From an uncultured cyanobacterium (lineage in GTDB: Bacteria > Cyanobacteriota > Cyanobacteriia > Cyanobacteriales > CAWCAG01), in NCBI GenBank assembly GCA_963793425.1, contig CAWCAG010000007.1, positions 448,001 to 512,000 on the forward strand: DNA of 64,000 nucleotides, given 5' to 3'. Of the stretch, positions 10,010 through 19,725 are shown in pieces. Positions within the stretch are counted from its first letter, which is position 1. The number at the start of each line of letters is the position of its first letter. The notes under the pieces are model-generated. The model was not told the origin of the DNA. It searched no databases and was given only the letters and a program-made list of their open reading frames with translations. Made by a program: the position numbers and the translations under genes.

Positions 10010-10462
10010 TTATTCTTCTGTAGGTGGAACAACATCAACATCTACAGTGACAGTTTTGACACCTTTGATTTCTTTAGCTAAAGATTCAATGGTTTCAGAT
10101 TCTTTTTGGTCGGGGACTGTCCCTGCGACAGTAACTGCCCCTTCTTCTGCTGCGACAGTTAGTTTACCTCTAGGAATATTGGCTTCTAATTTAGCTCTGA
10201 CTTCGCTTTCAAGATCGGAGTCCGCTCTTTCAAGCTCGTCCCCAGCTAAGTTATTTCTTTCTTCCCTAGCTTTGATATCTGCATTGAGCTGATCTTGCCG
10301 AATTTCGCTTGCTGCGTCTTCGTTTGTCTCTTCAACGTCTTGAGGATCTTCTGCCTCTTCGGTTACTGTGTCAGGAGCATCAGCACTAGTCCTAGCATTA
10401 GTACAAGCAACTCCACCTATTAAGAGTAAGCTGCTGAGTAAAAGCAGAGTTAGTTTTTGCAT
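10010..10462 (-). CDS. BON domain lipoprotein
   Basis: Lipobox GVAC; BON-like DSDLESEVRAKL...GAVTVAGTVPD...EIKGVKTV. Confidence 0.88.
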   Translation of the reverse strand: MQKLTLLLLSSLLLIGGVACTNARTSADAPDTVTEEAEDPQDVEETNEDAASEIRQDQLNADIKAREERNNLAGDELERADSDLESEVRAKLEANIPRGKLTVAAEEGAVTVAGTVPDQKESETIESLAKEIKGVKTVTVDVDVVPPTEE

Positions 10463-10503
10463 AGTTTGTGATTCCTTTAAATTTAATATAGATGTTTACC
10501 AAA

Positions 10504-11220
10504 TTAGCGTCTAGAAGTGTCATCTCTGCGATCAACAATTACTACTTCTGGGTCGGCATCGGTAGAAGCAATAGTCTCAGCAGTAGTGGTAGTTGGAGTG
10601 GTAGTTGGAGTGGTAGTCCGAGCCGTTGTGGTAGTAGCAGTTCCTTTTTCGGCTAAATCTGGTGCATCGTATATACCCCACTCTTGGATACCACCGTCGC
10701 TTAGGGTTTTCTCTGCTAAACGTACTGATGCTAAAGGTCCACTAACCATCACTAAATAATGACCTTGGGATACGCGATCGCTATAAACTTTTGCTCTCTC
10801 TTCAGGGATGCCTAAACCAATCAAGCCTCCTAGTAAGCCTCCAGCCGCAGCACCAATAGCTGTTCCAGCCAAAGTTGTGGCGATTGCTGTTGCTTCAGCA
10901 CCAGCTAAAAGAATAGGACCAACCAGAGGTATAGTCAAAGCCCCTAAACCAACAAGTAAACCTGCTGCTGTTCCTAAAGCACCTCCCGTTAATGCCCCAG
11001 CAGTGGCCCCTTCATCTGCTTTGTTGCCAACTGCTTTTTCATGGACATCAGCCCCAGCGATGCTATCACCTGATTCTGAGTCTCTCACAATTACAGAAAC
11101 TCGGTTCATATCAAAGCCTGCATCTTTGAGGGCATGAAGCGCTCTTTCTGTCTCTGCGCGAGTATTAAAGATGCCTACAGCACGCTTATAATCTTGAGAA
11201 TGAAGGGTTCCGCTAGTCAT
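10504..11220 (-). CDS. General stress protein (YflT-like domain plus glycine-zipper membrane segment)
   Basis: RAVGIFNTRAETERALHAL, Gly/Ala-rich helices, GLGIPEERAKVY, Thr-rich tail. Confidence 0.82.
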   Translation of the reverse strand: MTSGTLHSQDYKRAVGIFNTRAETERALHALKDAGFDMNRVSVIVRDSESGDSIAGADVHEKAVGNKADEGATAGALTGGALGTAAGLLVGLGALTIPLVGPILLAGAEATAIATTLAGTAIGAAAGGLLGGLIGLGIPEERAKVYSDRVSQGHYLVMVSGPLASVRLAEKTLSDGGIQEWGIYDAPDLAEKGTATTTTARTTTPTTTPTTTTAETIASTDADPEVVIVDRRDDTSRR

Positions 11221-11649
11221 AAATTTATATCTCCTTATTGCCGAAATTTAGCTAAATCCGGCATTGCTGAATCAATCTCCTTGAAACTAAGCAATGCCCC
11301 TTGTCTTACATTGTGCTGGGTTTATGCTCATCTTTCCTCTATCCCAGAACAAGTCTTTCTACTGTACCAAAAGAGATAATTACTATTACCAACAACGGGG
11401 CTATCTACTACTTATGTATTAAAGTACCTTTTCCTTTCTACCTATTAAGTCTTAATTGTTGTATTTATAGCCGATTTTTAACTTTAGTTTTTAAATACAT
11501 TCAAACACAATTTCATGAAGGCTAAATAAAAGTTTTTGCTCCTAAAGAAGTAGTTACTTATTTAGCAGTGATATTTCGTTAGATGGACAAATAAAAAGCC
11601 TAACTTCGCTAATATAATAATGTAGCTAGCGAAGAAGAAGAAAAACAAA

Positions 11650-12474
11650 ATGGCTCTTAGAAAATTAGCAGATTTTTACCCTAACTATAAAAAAGATATC
11701 TTTGCAGGAAGAGATATCAAAGGATACGATGTTTATGCTGGTACAACTAACGATAAGCTCGGTACAATCCATGATGCCTTAGTTGATGAATCTGGCAACT
11801 TCCGTTACATGGTTATTGATACCGGATTCTGGATTTTCGGCAAGAAAGTTCTATTACCAGTTGGTCAAGCTCGTTTCGATTATGATAATAATAAGCTTTA
11901 TGCTTTGGGTTTGACTAGTAAAGACCAAGCAGAATCTTTACCAGCTTACGATGATGATATGGTGGTTGATGCAGATTATGAAGAAACCGTAAGAAACGTT
12001 TACCGTTCTCCTAAAACCCGCAACACTACTTTCGACCGTGATAATTATAGTTATGATCGTGATGCAGAACTATATAATACTACTCCAGAAAACCACGGTA
12101 GCATTAAACTTTACGAAGAGAGATTACTAGCTGATAAAACCAGACAAAAAACTGGAGAAGTTGCTGTTGGTAAAAGAGTAGAAACAGAGACAGCAACAGC
12201 TTCAGTTCCGGTGGAAAACGAGCGAGTCGTTATAGAACGTACAACACCTAGCAACCAAACGGCTGTAACTCCTGGAGAAGCTAACTTCCAAGCCGGAGAA
12301 GTAGCGCGTATGGAAGTGTATGAAGAGAAAGCTAAGATTGGTAAAGAAGCTGTAGTTAGGGAAGAAGTTAGCGTTAGAAAAGAAGTTGATCGCGAAACCG
12401 TTACAGCAGAAGAAACTCTTCGACGGGAAGAGTTAGATGTAGATGTTGATGGTAAGCCAATTGTTAATAAATAA
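11650..12474 (+). CDS. PRC-barrel + DUF2382 (YsnF/AvaK-like) protein
   Basis: DIKGYDVY...FRYMVIDTGFWIFGKKVLLPVG; IKLYEERL, VGKRVETE, EAVVREEV, LRREEL. Confidence 0.9.
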   Translation: MALRKLADFYPNYKKDIFAGRDIKGYDVYAGTTNDKLGTIHDALVDESGNFRYMVIDTGFWIFGKKVLLPVGQARFDYDNNKLYALGLTSKDQAESLPAYDDDMVVDADYEETVRNVYRSPKTRNTTFDRDNYSYDRDAELYNTTPENHGSIKLYEERLLADKTRQKTGEVAVGKRVETETATASVPVENERVVIERTTPSNQTAVTPGEANFQAGEVARMEVYEEKAKIGKEAVVREEVSVRKEVDRETVTAEETLRREELDVDVDGKPIVNK

Positions 12475-12513
12475 AACCTTGGCTTTGACCTCATTGTAAA
12501 TAAGGTTTATTGA

Positions 12514-12557
12514 GTACAGGTTAAGCATTATTTTTAAAATGCTCAACCTGTACTTTT
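12514..12557 (+). terminator. Hairpin/terminator between the DUF2382 genes
   Basis: AGTACAGGTTAAGCATT...AATGCTCAACCTGTACT followed by T residues. Confidence 0.65.
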
Positions 12558-12588
12558 CAGGATCTAAATAAAATCAACTAAAATAAAT

Positions 12589-13317
12589 ATGAATAGTCAA
12601 AACTATCTCAAAACTACAGCAAAGGATAAAACCCTAGCTAAGTTAAAGGGGTTGCTTAAGGATTTTGATCTTCAAGATATCGAAGGTAATATCGTTGGTA
12701 AAGTACGAGATGTAGAAAGGAATGCTAAGGGAAGCTTGAATTTAGTTATTTCTCAGCTTCACGACCAACAAACTAGCGAAGATAATCTATTTATTTTAAA
12801 TAGCAAATACGTTAAAAAAATTCAGCTTGCTAGCGAATCTCTTTTAATCGAAACTAATCCTCAACTAGAGCCTTACCAACTTAATGGTGGTAGTGCAGAA
12901 GAGATTAATGAAGAAGGTAAAGAAGTCGTTGACGAAGCCATTATTCGCTTGCTTGAAGAAAGATTAGTTGTCGAGCGTACTAAACATAAAGTTGGCGAAG
13001 TGGTCATGCGTAAAGAAATCGGTACTCGCATGATACAAGTCCCAGTACGCTGGGAAAAACTAATTGTTGAGCAAGTTGAACCAAGTTATAAACAATTAGC
13101 CGAAATAGATTTAGCCGAAGGAGAAGTTACTGAAGAAATAGCTTCAGTTGCTACAGTAGAAGGGAAGTTTCTTTCTCCCCAAGCAGCTAGTGATCTTTTA
13201 GAAACTATAGCAATGCAAACACCTCATGGTTGTGCCAGCATTAAAGTCGAAATTATCTTAGATAATCCTCAACTCCAAGAGAAATATCAGACTATGTTTA
13301 ATCTTTGTACTAAGTAA
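12589..13317 (+). CDS. DUF2382 domain protein with a degenerate PRC-barrel
   Basis: IRLLEERLVVERTKHKVGEVVMRKEIGTRMIQVPVRWEKLIVEQV. Confidence 0.82.
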   Translation: MNSQNYLKTTAKDKTLAKLKGLLKDFDLQDIEGNIVGKVRDVERNAKGSLNLVISQLHDQQTSEDNLFILNSKYVKKIQLASESLLIETNPQLEPYQLNGGSAEEINEEGKEVVDEAIIRLLEERLVVERTKHKVGEVVMRKEIGTRMIQVPVRWEKLIVEQVEPSYKQLAEIDLAEGEVTEEIASVATVEGKFLSPQAASDLLETIAMQTPHGCASIKVEIILDNPQLQEKYQTMFNLCTK

Positions 13318-13328
13318 AGGTAAAGTCA

Positions 13329-14117
13329 ATGTGGGTAGAAAAGTTAGCTCGACTTGGTTATATAGTTAAGGGGGGTGTTTATGGCTTAATTGGTATTTTA
13401 GCCGTACAAGCTGCCCTTTCTTCCGGAGGCAAAACTACTGACTCTAAAGGTGCTATCCGTACCATCGCAGCTCAACCCTTTGGTAAAATACTGTTAATCG
13501 CAGTGGCGATCGGTTTATTTGGTTACGCCCTTTGGCGGCTAGTGGAAGCGATTGAAGACCCAGAAAATTCGGGAAAACCAGAAGCAAAAGATATTATTAA
13601 ACGTATTGGCTATTTTATTAGCAGTTTAATTTATGGGGCTTTAGCTTTTGATGCAGGGCGTATTGCTTTGAGTGCAGGAGGAGGCGGCGGTGGCAAGTCA
13701 AAGGCAGAATGGACAGCCATCGTTATGCAAAAGCCTTTTGGTCGTTGGTTGATAGGAACAATTGGTGCAATTATTATTGGGGTAGGTGTTTATCGGTTGT
13801 ACCATGCTTTTAAGGTTAAATTTCGCAAACGCCTTGATTTAAGTGAATTGAGTTCCACTGAAGAATCTTGGGTAATTAATATTAGCCGTTTTGGTATTGC
13901 AGCTAGAGGCGTGGTGTTTTTACTTATTGGCGGTTTCCTCATTCGCGCTGCTAAGCAATTCGATCCTAATGAAGTTAAAGGACTCGACGGTATTCTACAA
14001 ACTATTGCTCAACAACCTTTTGGTAAATTTCTCTTGCTGCTGGTAGCCCTTGGTTTAGTTGCTTATGGCGCTTATCTTTGGGTACAAGCGAGATATCGCC
14101 GTATCAAAACAAGTTAA
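13329..14117 (+). CDS. DUF1206 membrane protein
   Basis: Three internal repeats containing LARLGY/QPFG; ends ARYRRI. Confidence 0.88.
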   Translation: MWVEKLARLGYIVKGGVYGLIGILAVQAALSSGGKTTDSKGAIRTIAAQPFGKILLIAVAIGLFGYALWRLVEAIEDPENSGKPEAKDIIKRIGYFISSLIYGALAFDAGRIALSAGGGGGGKSKAEWTAIVMQKPFGRWLIGTIGAIIIGVGVYRLYHAFKVKFRKRLDLSELSSTEESWVINISRFGIAARGVVFLLIGGFLIRAAKQFDPNEVKGLDGILQTIAQQPFGKFLLLLVALGLVAYGAYLWVQARYRRIKTS

Positions 14118-14201
14118 ATAGGCAAGAAGCAAGAGATAAGAAAAATTTCTTTGCAAACAAAGTAACAACTTATGATATATTAAATATTCGTGGAACAAAA
14201 T

Positions 14202-14286
14202 GGGTCGATGCCCGAGTGGTTAATGGGGGCGGACTGTAAATCCGCTGGCTACGCCTACGCTGGTTCAAATCCTGCTCGGCCCACCA
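14202..14286 (+). tRNA. tRNA-Tyr(GUA)
   Basis: GGGTCGA...TCGGCCCACCA, anticodon arm GCGGA-CTGTAAA-TCCGC, long variable arm, CCA encoded. Confidence 0.97.
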
Positions 14287-14291
14287 CAACT

Positions 14292-14363
14292 GCCCGTATA
14301 GCTCAGTGGTAGAGCACACCCTTGGTAAGGGTGAGGTCATGAGTTCAAGTCTCATTACGGGCT
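14292..14363 (+). tRNA. tRNA-Thr(GGU)
   Basis: GCCCGTA...TACGGGCT, anticodon arm CACCC-TTGGTAA-GGGTG; in tandem with tRNA-Tyr. Confidence 0.97.
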
Positions 14364-14442
14364 TAGATAAGTTCTTTTAACTAGAAAAACGATAATTGAT
14401 CCCTCCGTAGTAACATCTAGATCAAAGAACTTCTAGCAAATT

Positions 14443-15084
14443 ATGGCTATCTACTACTCTATTCATCCGGATAATCCACAAAAACATCGAATAGAGGAAA
14501 TAAGGAAGGCTTTGCAAGATGGTGCGGTTATGATTTATCCCACCGATACTGTTTATGCCATTGGGTGCGACTTGAACGCCAAGTCAGCCATCAAACGGGT
14601 TAGGCATCTCAAGCAACTATCTAATGATAAGCCCCTGACGTTCTTATGTTCGTCATTATCTAATATCTCCCAATATGCTTGGGTGAGTGATCGAGCCTAC
14701 CGAATTATGAAACATTTGATTCCTGGCCCCTATACTTTCGTTTTACCAGCAACTAAGTTGGTTCCGCGTTTAGTCATGAACCCCAAACGTAAAACCACGG
14801 GAATTAGAGTTCCTAACCAAACAATTTGTCAAACTCTCTTACAAGCTTTAGGAAATCCCATTATTTCTACTTCAGCACACCTACCTGACACAGAAGGAGA
14901 CTTTCCTACCCTCGGACTCGAACAAGCTGAGTTATTCGATACCCTCGATAAGTTAGTGGATATTGTCATTGATGATGGTTCACAAACAGGTTCTCAGGTT
15001 TCTACTATTTTAGATTTAACAGATGAGGAACCCATAATAGTTCGCCAAGGTCTTGGCTGGGAAAAGATTATGAAATGGATTTGA
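14443..15084 (+). CDS. Sua5/YciO/YrdC family protein (threonylcarbamoyl-AMP synthase-like)
   Basis: YPTDTVYAIGC, PGPYTFVL, GIRVP, STSA, STILDL. Confidence 0.9.
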   Translation: MAIYYSIHPDNPQKHRIEEIRKALQDGAVMIYPTDTVYAIGCDLNAKSAIKRVRHLKQLSNDKPLTFLCSSLSNISQYAWVSDRAYRIMKHLIPGPYTFVLPATKLVPRLVMNPKRKTTGIRVPNQTICQTLLQALGNPIISTSAHLPDTEGDFPTLGLEQAELFDTLDKLVDIVIDDGSQTGSQVSTILDLTDEEPIIVRQGLGWEKIMKWI

Positions 15085-15476
15085 AATTTTGTTAGTTGTT
15101 TCCCATTCAATCTGGCTTTTAAAACTAGTTTTCCTCTCTCTACAAAAGCGAAGAGGATGACTTCGTACAGCCTGGTTGAAATTTGACCAGTTCGTCAATT
15201 GTCTCCTTAAACTGCTTTTTCACTAGTGTTCATACCAAAAGAATACTGAAAGCTCTTTTGTGAGTGTAATGCTTATTCTCTGTAGTTTACAGCTCCTGTA
15301 GCTAAGGGGCAATTTGTCATGTTCAATTCCAGACTTAACTGCCAAGTATGTGTTGTGACACAACTTACCACCAACAAATAGATATTGCGTTTTACATTCA
15401 ATGTATAGACATCAGTTGAGAACCAACCCCAACTGATAAACCAAAACTAAAACCTTGATATTTAGGGACAGATACC

Positions 15477-16682
15477 ATGAAAGTGCAAACTGCTGAGGTT
15501 AACCAGTTTACCGACAATAACCAATTCTATCCGGAAGTAAAGCCAAGTAACGACCAAGAATCTTTGAACCAGCTTATACAAGAAGAGTTACTTTCCCAAG
15601 TGAAGTCTAGTTCTTCTGTTCAAGAAGTTGCTACCCGCATTACCCTTGAAGTTACAAGGGTTTGCAACAAAAGTAAGCGCATTCAAAAGTCTGGTGAAGT
15701 TCGTAGCTGGCAACTATCTTTAGGTCGCCACCGCATTGGTAAGTGTATGACTTACTATCAATTGGGTTCTAAGCAAGGAAGGGCTGAACTTCACAGTAAT
15801 TTAAGTGTAATGGTCTATCGCCATATTGCCCCTGCTAAGGCTCAATTAGGCTTCTCCGGTCGCTACACTTTAATTGAGGACTTTTTACAAGATTTCTATG
15901 CTGAGTCCCTCAAGGCATTCCGACGGGAGAATGAGGTTACTGAAGATTATCAACCTCGTACCAAGCTGCAATTAGCAGAGTATATGGCCTTCACAGAGCA
16001 ATATGCAAAACGTCGCATTACTTTGCCCAATGGTTACAGCCAACAATTAATTATCTTAAGGGCGCAAAGCTTCGCTCGTCGTCAGCCTTCAGAAACATCG
16101 GTAGATATTGAACAAGCTATTGAGTTTCCTAAAGGTGAAGATGCCCAGGGCAGACATTCTTCCCACGTAGTACACGAGGTACGGGCGAAAATGGTTTCAG
16201 AAAATCCTGATCCCTGGAAATCAGCAACCCGCGATCGCTTAGTTAATGCTTTGTTTGAGTACCTTGAATCTAACGGTCATTCTGACTGTGCTAATTATTT
16301 AGCTTTAAAACTCCAAGACCTTCCTGCTTCAGAAATTGATGAAATCCTTGGTCTTTCTCCCCGCGAAAGGGACTATTTACAACAGCGTTTTAAGTATCAT
16401 GTTGAGAAGTTCTCTCGTTCTTCTCACTGGGAATTAGTTCACCAATGGTTAGAAGCTGATTTAGAGCAAAAGCTGGGTTTAACTAACAAAGAGTGGCAGT
16501 TATTCTGTGGCAAGCTATCTTCTGAACAACGCTTTCTTCTAGAACTTAAGGAACTAAAAAAAGATGATGAAGAGATCGCTATAGCTTTAGGATGTACCCT
16601 GAAAAAAGCTCAGAAGCGCTGGACTAAGGTACTAGAACTTGCTTGGAAAATCCGTAATAGCAGTGAGGCAAATGGTAATTAG
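15477..16682 (+). CDS. HetZ-related DNA-binding protein
   Basis: Recalled HetZ-family motifs EVTRVCNKSKRIQ, YYQLGSKQGRAELHSNL, LAEYMAFTEQYAKRRI, EIDEILGLSPRERDYLQQRFKYH. Confidence 0.78.
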   Translation: MKVQTAEVNQFTDNNQFYPEVKPSNDQESLNQLIQEELLSQVKSSSSVQEVATRITLEVTRVCNKSKRIQKSGEVRSWQLSLGRHRIGKCMTYYQLGSKQGRAELHSNLSVMVYRHIAPAKAQLGFSGRYTLIEDFLQDFYAESLKAFRRENEVTEDYQPRTKLQLAEYMAFTEQYAKRRITLPNGYSQQLIILRAQSFARRQPSETSVDIEQAIEFPKGEDAQGRHSSHVVHEVRAKMVSENPDPWKSATRDRLVNALFEYLESNGHSDCANYLALKLQDLPASEIDEILGLSPRERDYLQQRFKYHVEKFSRSSHWELVHQWLEADLEQKLGLTNKEWQLFCGKLSSEQRFLLELKELKKDDEEIAIALGCTLKKAQKRWTKVLELAWKIRNSSEANGN

Positions 16683-16984
16683 TGATTGAGATGGTTACAG
16701 GTTGAATAAAAGTGAAGTTAAAGGTTATTGACTATTTCCTAAGCAAAGAATAACCCCTAAGCTATTAAGACTGCAACTTGTAACCCTCCTGATTATTTTT
16801 AGTGAAGTAAAAATAAATTATCTAAGCAATTAGAAATTCCAGCTTAAAAATATGTTTATTTAGTTATCCCTAATTATTGATTATTATCTTCCCAACCACA
16901 CTTAAAAAATATTATTTTGTTAAGGTGAAGAGAGGCGACGCGAAAATACCCTTTTGTTGATCTGACATCAAGACTCAAAGAATT

Positions 16985-17692
16985 ATGGCAACTAGGACTT
17001 CAGCTTCTATTCCAAATCCCCTAAGCGAACAAAATACTAGTGCTTTAGCGAAAGTTTGGCAAAGCATTACAGCAGATAGTTGTCCTCATGCTTACAATTT
17101 TCATATGCACACTCTCTATTCTGATGGCAAATTAGAGCCTGAAAAGCTGATGGAACAAGTTTGCAGAATTGGGCTTAAGGGTATGGCTATTACTGATCAT
17201 CATGGGATTAAAGGTTATCAAATAGCTAAAAGTTGGTTGAATCAAGTTGAACAAAAGCAAGTTTATGATTCTCTACCTCACCTGTGGACAGGAGTTGAAA
17301 TTACCTCAGAATTATTGGGAACAGAAGTACATATTTTAGGCTATGGTTTTGATCCTCAAGATGCTCAATTAAGGCGCAATTATTTTCAAGGAAGCGCCCC
17401 TTCTGGTAAGTCTAAGTTGGCGAAAAAGGTAATTTCTGCTTTGCATAAAGCTGGAGGTTTGGCTGTATTAGCCCATCCTTTCCGCTACCAGGTTGGAGGT
17501 AAAGAATTAATTCCAGCAGCCGCTGATTTAGGTATCGATGGAGTAGAGACTTATTACGCTTATCGTTCAACAAATCCCTGGCAGTCTAGTCCTCAACAAA
17601 CAGCAGATACTGAACTTCTTACTGAACAATATAGTTTGTTGAGGACTTGCGGAACAGATACCCACGGTTATAATTTGATGTTGCGAATTTGA
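16985..17692 (+). CDS. PHP domain metal-dependent phosphoesterase
   Basis: NFHMHTLYSDG, AITDHH, GVEI, VHILGY, LAHP, GTDTHG. Confidence 0.9.
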   Translation: MATRTSASIPNPLSEQNTSALAKVWQSITADSCPHAYNFHMHTLYSDGKLEPEKLMEQVCRIGLKGMAITDHHGIKGYQIAKSWLNQVEQKQVYDSLPHLWTGVEITSELLGTEVHILGYGFDPQDAQLRRNYFQGSAPSGKSKLAKKVISALHKAGGLAVLAHPFRYQVGGKELIPAAADLGIDGVETYYAYRSTNPWQSSPQQTADTELLTEQYSLLRTCGTDTHGYNLMLRI

Positions 17693-17919
17693 AGAAGATT
17701 AAAAGGCAAAATTCATTAAAACAATGACACCAAAACTCATGGCTAATAATAGTAAAGCCAGACTAATGGATTGACCTAAATGCCTTGGTGTTTGAACAGT
17801 TTTCATCTTTCTTCTCCTAATTGATATCAGTTTTTTTATATATCTTTAAAGATAGCAACGATAAGATAACAAAAATGAGAAAAAGATACGATTCTTAGTT
17901 TAACTTCGTTTAACGTAAT

Positions 17920-18630
17920 TTAGTTGGTTAAACCATGTTTCAGGGCATAGCGAACTAATTCAGTACGGCTATTAGTTCCGGTTTTGCCAAACAGACGACT
18001 AACATACTTTTCTACATTACGAACGCTAGTTTCTAGTCTGCGGGCAATTTCTTTATTCATTAATCCTTCTGCTACTAAGTCCAAAACGCTTTGTTCCCTT
18101 GGAGTTAGTTCAATTTTAATTAAAGGGGGTGTAGTCGTCAGACCAGGATTATTACCTAAAATACTCTTGATTTCTGCTAACTGCTGATTAATTTGTAGTA
18201 ATTCCGAACTGCCTTCTGCTTCTGAAGTTGCACTTTTTCTTTGTAACAAGTTTCTAACAATAGCTTCTAATTCTTCAGGATCGAAAGGTTTAGGTAAATA
18301 AGCATCACACCCAGCTTGATAGCCTTGAATTCGATCAGAAGTCATGCCTCTAGCCGTCAAAAAGATGACTGGCAAAGCGGCAAAACGAGGATCTTCTCTT
18401 AATTTTTGCAGGAATTGATAGCCATCAACTTTAGGCATCATAATATCAGAGATAACTAAATCGGGAGTTTCTTTTTCTAATAAATCCCAAGCTTCATCAG
18501 CATTGCTAGCCACTTTAACAGTAAATTCTTCACTATCTTCCAAATAAGCTTGCACTGACTCGCGAATGCCGGGTTCATCATCTACTAGCAGTAGTTTTTT
18601 TGGCTCTTGTTCTTGCTCTGTTGTAGACAT
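17920..18630 (-). CDS. ycf29: NarL/LuxR response regulator (Ycf29/Rre1-like)
   Basis: REC domain plus LuxR HTH LTPREQSVLDLVAEGLMNKEIARRLETSVRNVEKYVSRLF. Confidence 0.8.
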   Translation of the reverse strand: MSTTEQEQEPKKLLLVDDEPGIRESVQAYLEDSEEFTVKVASNADEAWDLLEKETPDLVISDIMMPKVDGYQFLQKLREDPRFAALPVIFLTARGMTSDRIQGYQAGCDAYLPKPFDPEELEAIVRNLLQRKSATSEAEGSSELLQINQQLAEIKSILGNNPGLTTTPPLIKIELTPREQSVLDLVAEGLMNKEIARRLETSVRNVEKYVSRLFGKTGTNSRTELVRYALKHGLTN

Positions 18631-18773
18631 TTGTAGTTGTTTGTTAACTTTGCTCTTTTAGCGAAGCTGGGCAGCAATAGTTAATTGTACAAGCAAAAGT
18701 TAACCAATTTCCTATACAGGTTTAGGCAAAAGGAAAAAGATTTTAGAACTAGGTTGTTTGTCAGATCCTAAAT

Positions 18774-19130
18774 TTAACAATAAGCGCTTATATCCTCGCC
18801 ACATTCGTCTGCTAAATAACAGAGGGCGCGGAAACGCAAGGCAACTACTTCCTCATATAGAGGATTAAGTTTACAGAGCGGAGGGATTCGCAGCCAAGTA
18901 TGGCCAAACATTTGGACTTCCCTAGCAAAAGGGCAATAAGCTGGTATGGCTTGGCAGAGACGATGAGCAAGACTCGATTCTTTGATTTCGATGCTATTTA
19001 ACCAGCTACGTACAGGACGTAGAGGCTCGAATTTATTCTGATTCGTAGAGAAGTTTAACCTTAACTTTACAAAATGTTTCCAGATGATCCCGTAGAAGTT
19101 TTGTGGTGTATGATTATTTACATTCATCAT
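18774..19130 (-). CDS. Mo-dependent nitrogenase C-terminal domain-containing protein (not a nitrogenase subunit)
   Basis: LCQAIPAYCPFAREV...IPPLCKLNPLYEEVVALRFRALCYLADECGED; start uncertain. Confidence 0.85.
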   Translation of the reverse strand: MMNVNNHTPQNFYGIIWKHFVKLRLNFSTNQNKFEPLRPVRSWLNSIEIKESSLAHRLCQAIPAYCPFAREVQMFGHTWLRIPPLCKLNPLYEEVVALRFRALCYLADECGEDISAYC

Positions 19131-19725
19131 TTTTCTGAAGCTGCTCTCCAATAGTGGGCAGGACTGTCTGGTATTTTTTTTAGCTACAGCCACTTAATTT
19201 AGTTTTCCCAAATTTAGGGAAGACATCTTATGAGGCTGACTATAAAAGTGAAGAGTAAAACGGCTAGAGTGCGAAAATATCTCTCAGCTTTAATTTTCTA
19301 GCCTACTCCTAAAGTCGGACTCATTTTTCTTCGACGCATCCCTAATAACATTAGTTTCGTACTCAATCAAAACAAAACAACTAAACAGTGTTAGCTATTC
19401 TAAGGGAAACTAATAAGTTTAGTTTATGACTTTCATTTAATTAAATTATATTCGTCTCAAACAGAAGCTATCGTAACATACGTAACAAAACAGGCTTTTT
19501 TATGCAAATGGCTGATGAAGTTGGTGCGTTGATGGGATGGAGGAGAATTTCTGAACCCAAGAATTTGTTTTTTTTTTAAACTGCTCAAAGCCCTAATATA
19601 TTTAGCTTTGAGGTGGATAGAAACAGCTAAATCAGTTATAATAGTTATATACACAATAACTCCAGAACAAGTAAGATAAATACGCCTCAATAGCGCTGCA
19701 AGTAAGCCTTTAACGAATAGCAAAT

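Noticed and set aside
10584..10620. 12-bp tandem repeat GTGGTAGTTGGA
   Set aside because: It encodes the low-complexity TTPT tail of the stress protein and shows no independent function
10517..12494. Antisense ORFs 10517..10759, 10808..11137 and 12111..12494, and similar shadow ORFs across the window
   Set aside because: They lie opposite or inside well-supported genes and have no recognisable motifs
14202..14363. tRNA genes (also 6884-6955) as integration sites of an island
   Set aside because: No integrase and no duplicated tRNA 3' end were seen in the window
17700..17770. GGCAAA-containing stretch resembling a c-di-GMP-I riboswitch (a similar one lies near 58445)
   Set aside because: It lacks the GNRA loop/receptor and a proper GACGCAAAG-P2 arrangement, and the 17.7 kb copy lies between convergent genes; an Rfam scan would settle it
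18774..19130. Evidence for nitrogen fixation from the Mo-nitrogenase C-terminal domain gene
   Set aside because: The domain name is misleading, the family occurs in non-diazotrophs, and there are no nif genes in the window
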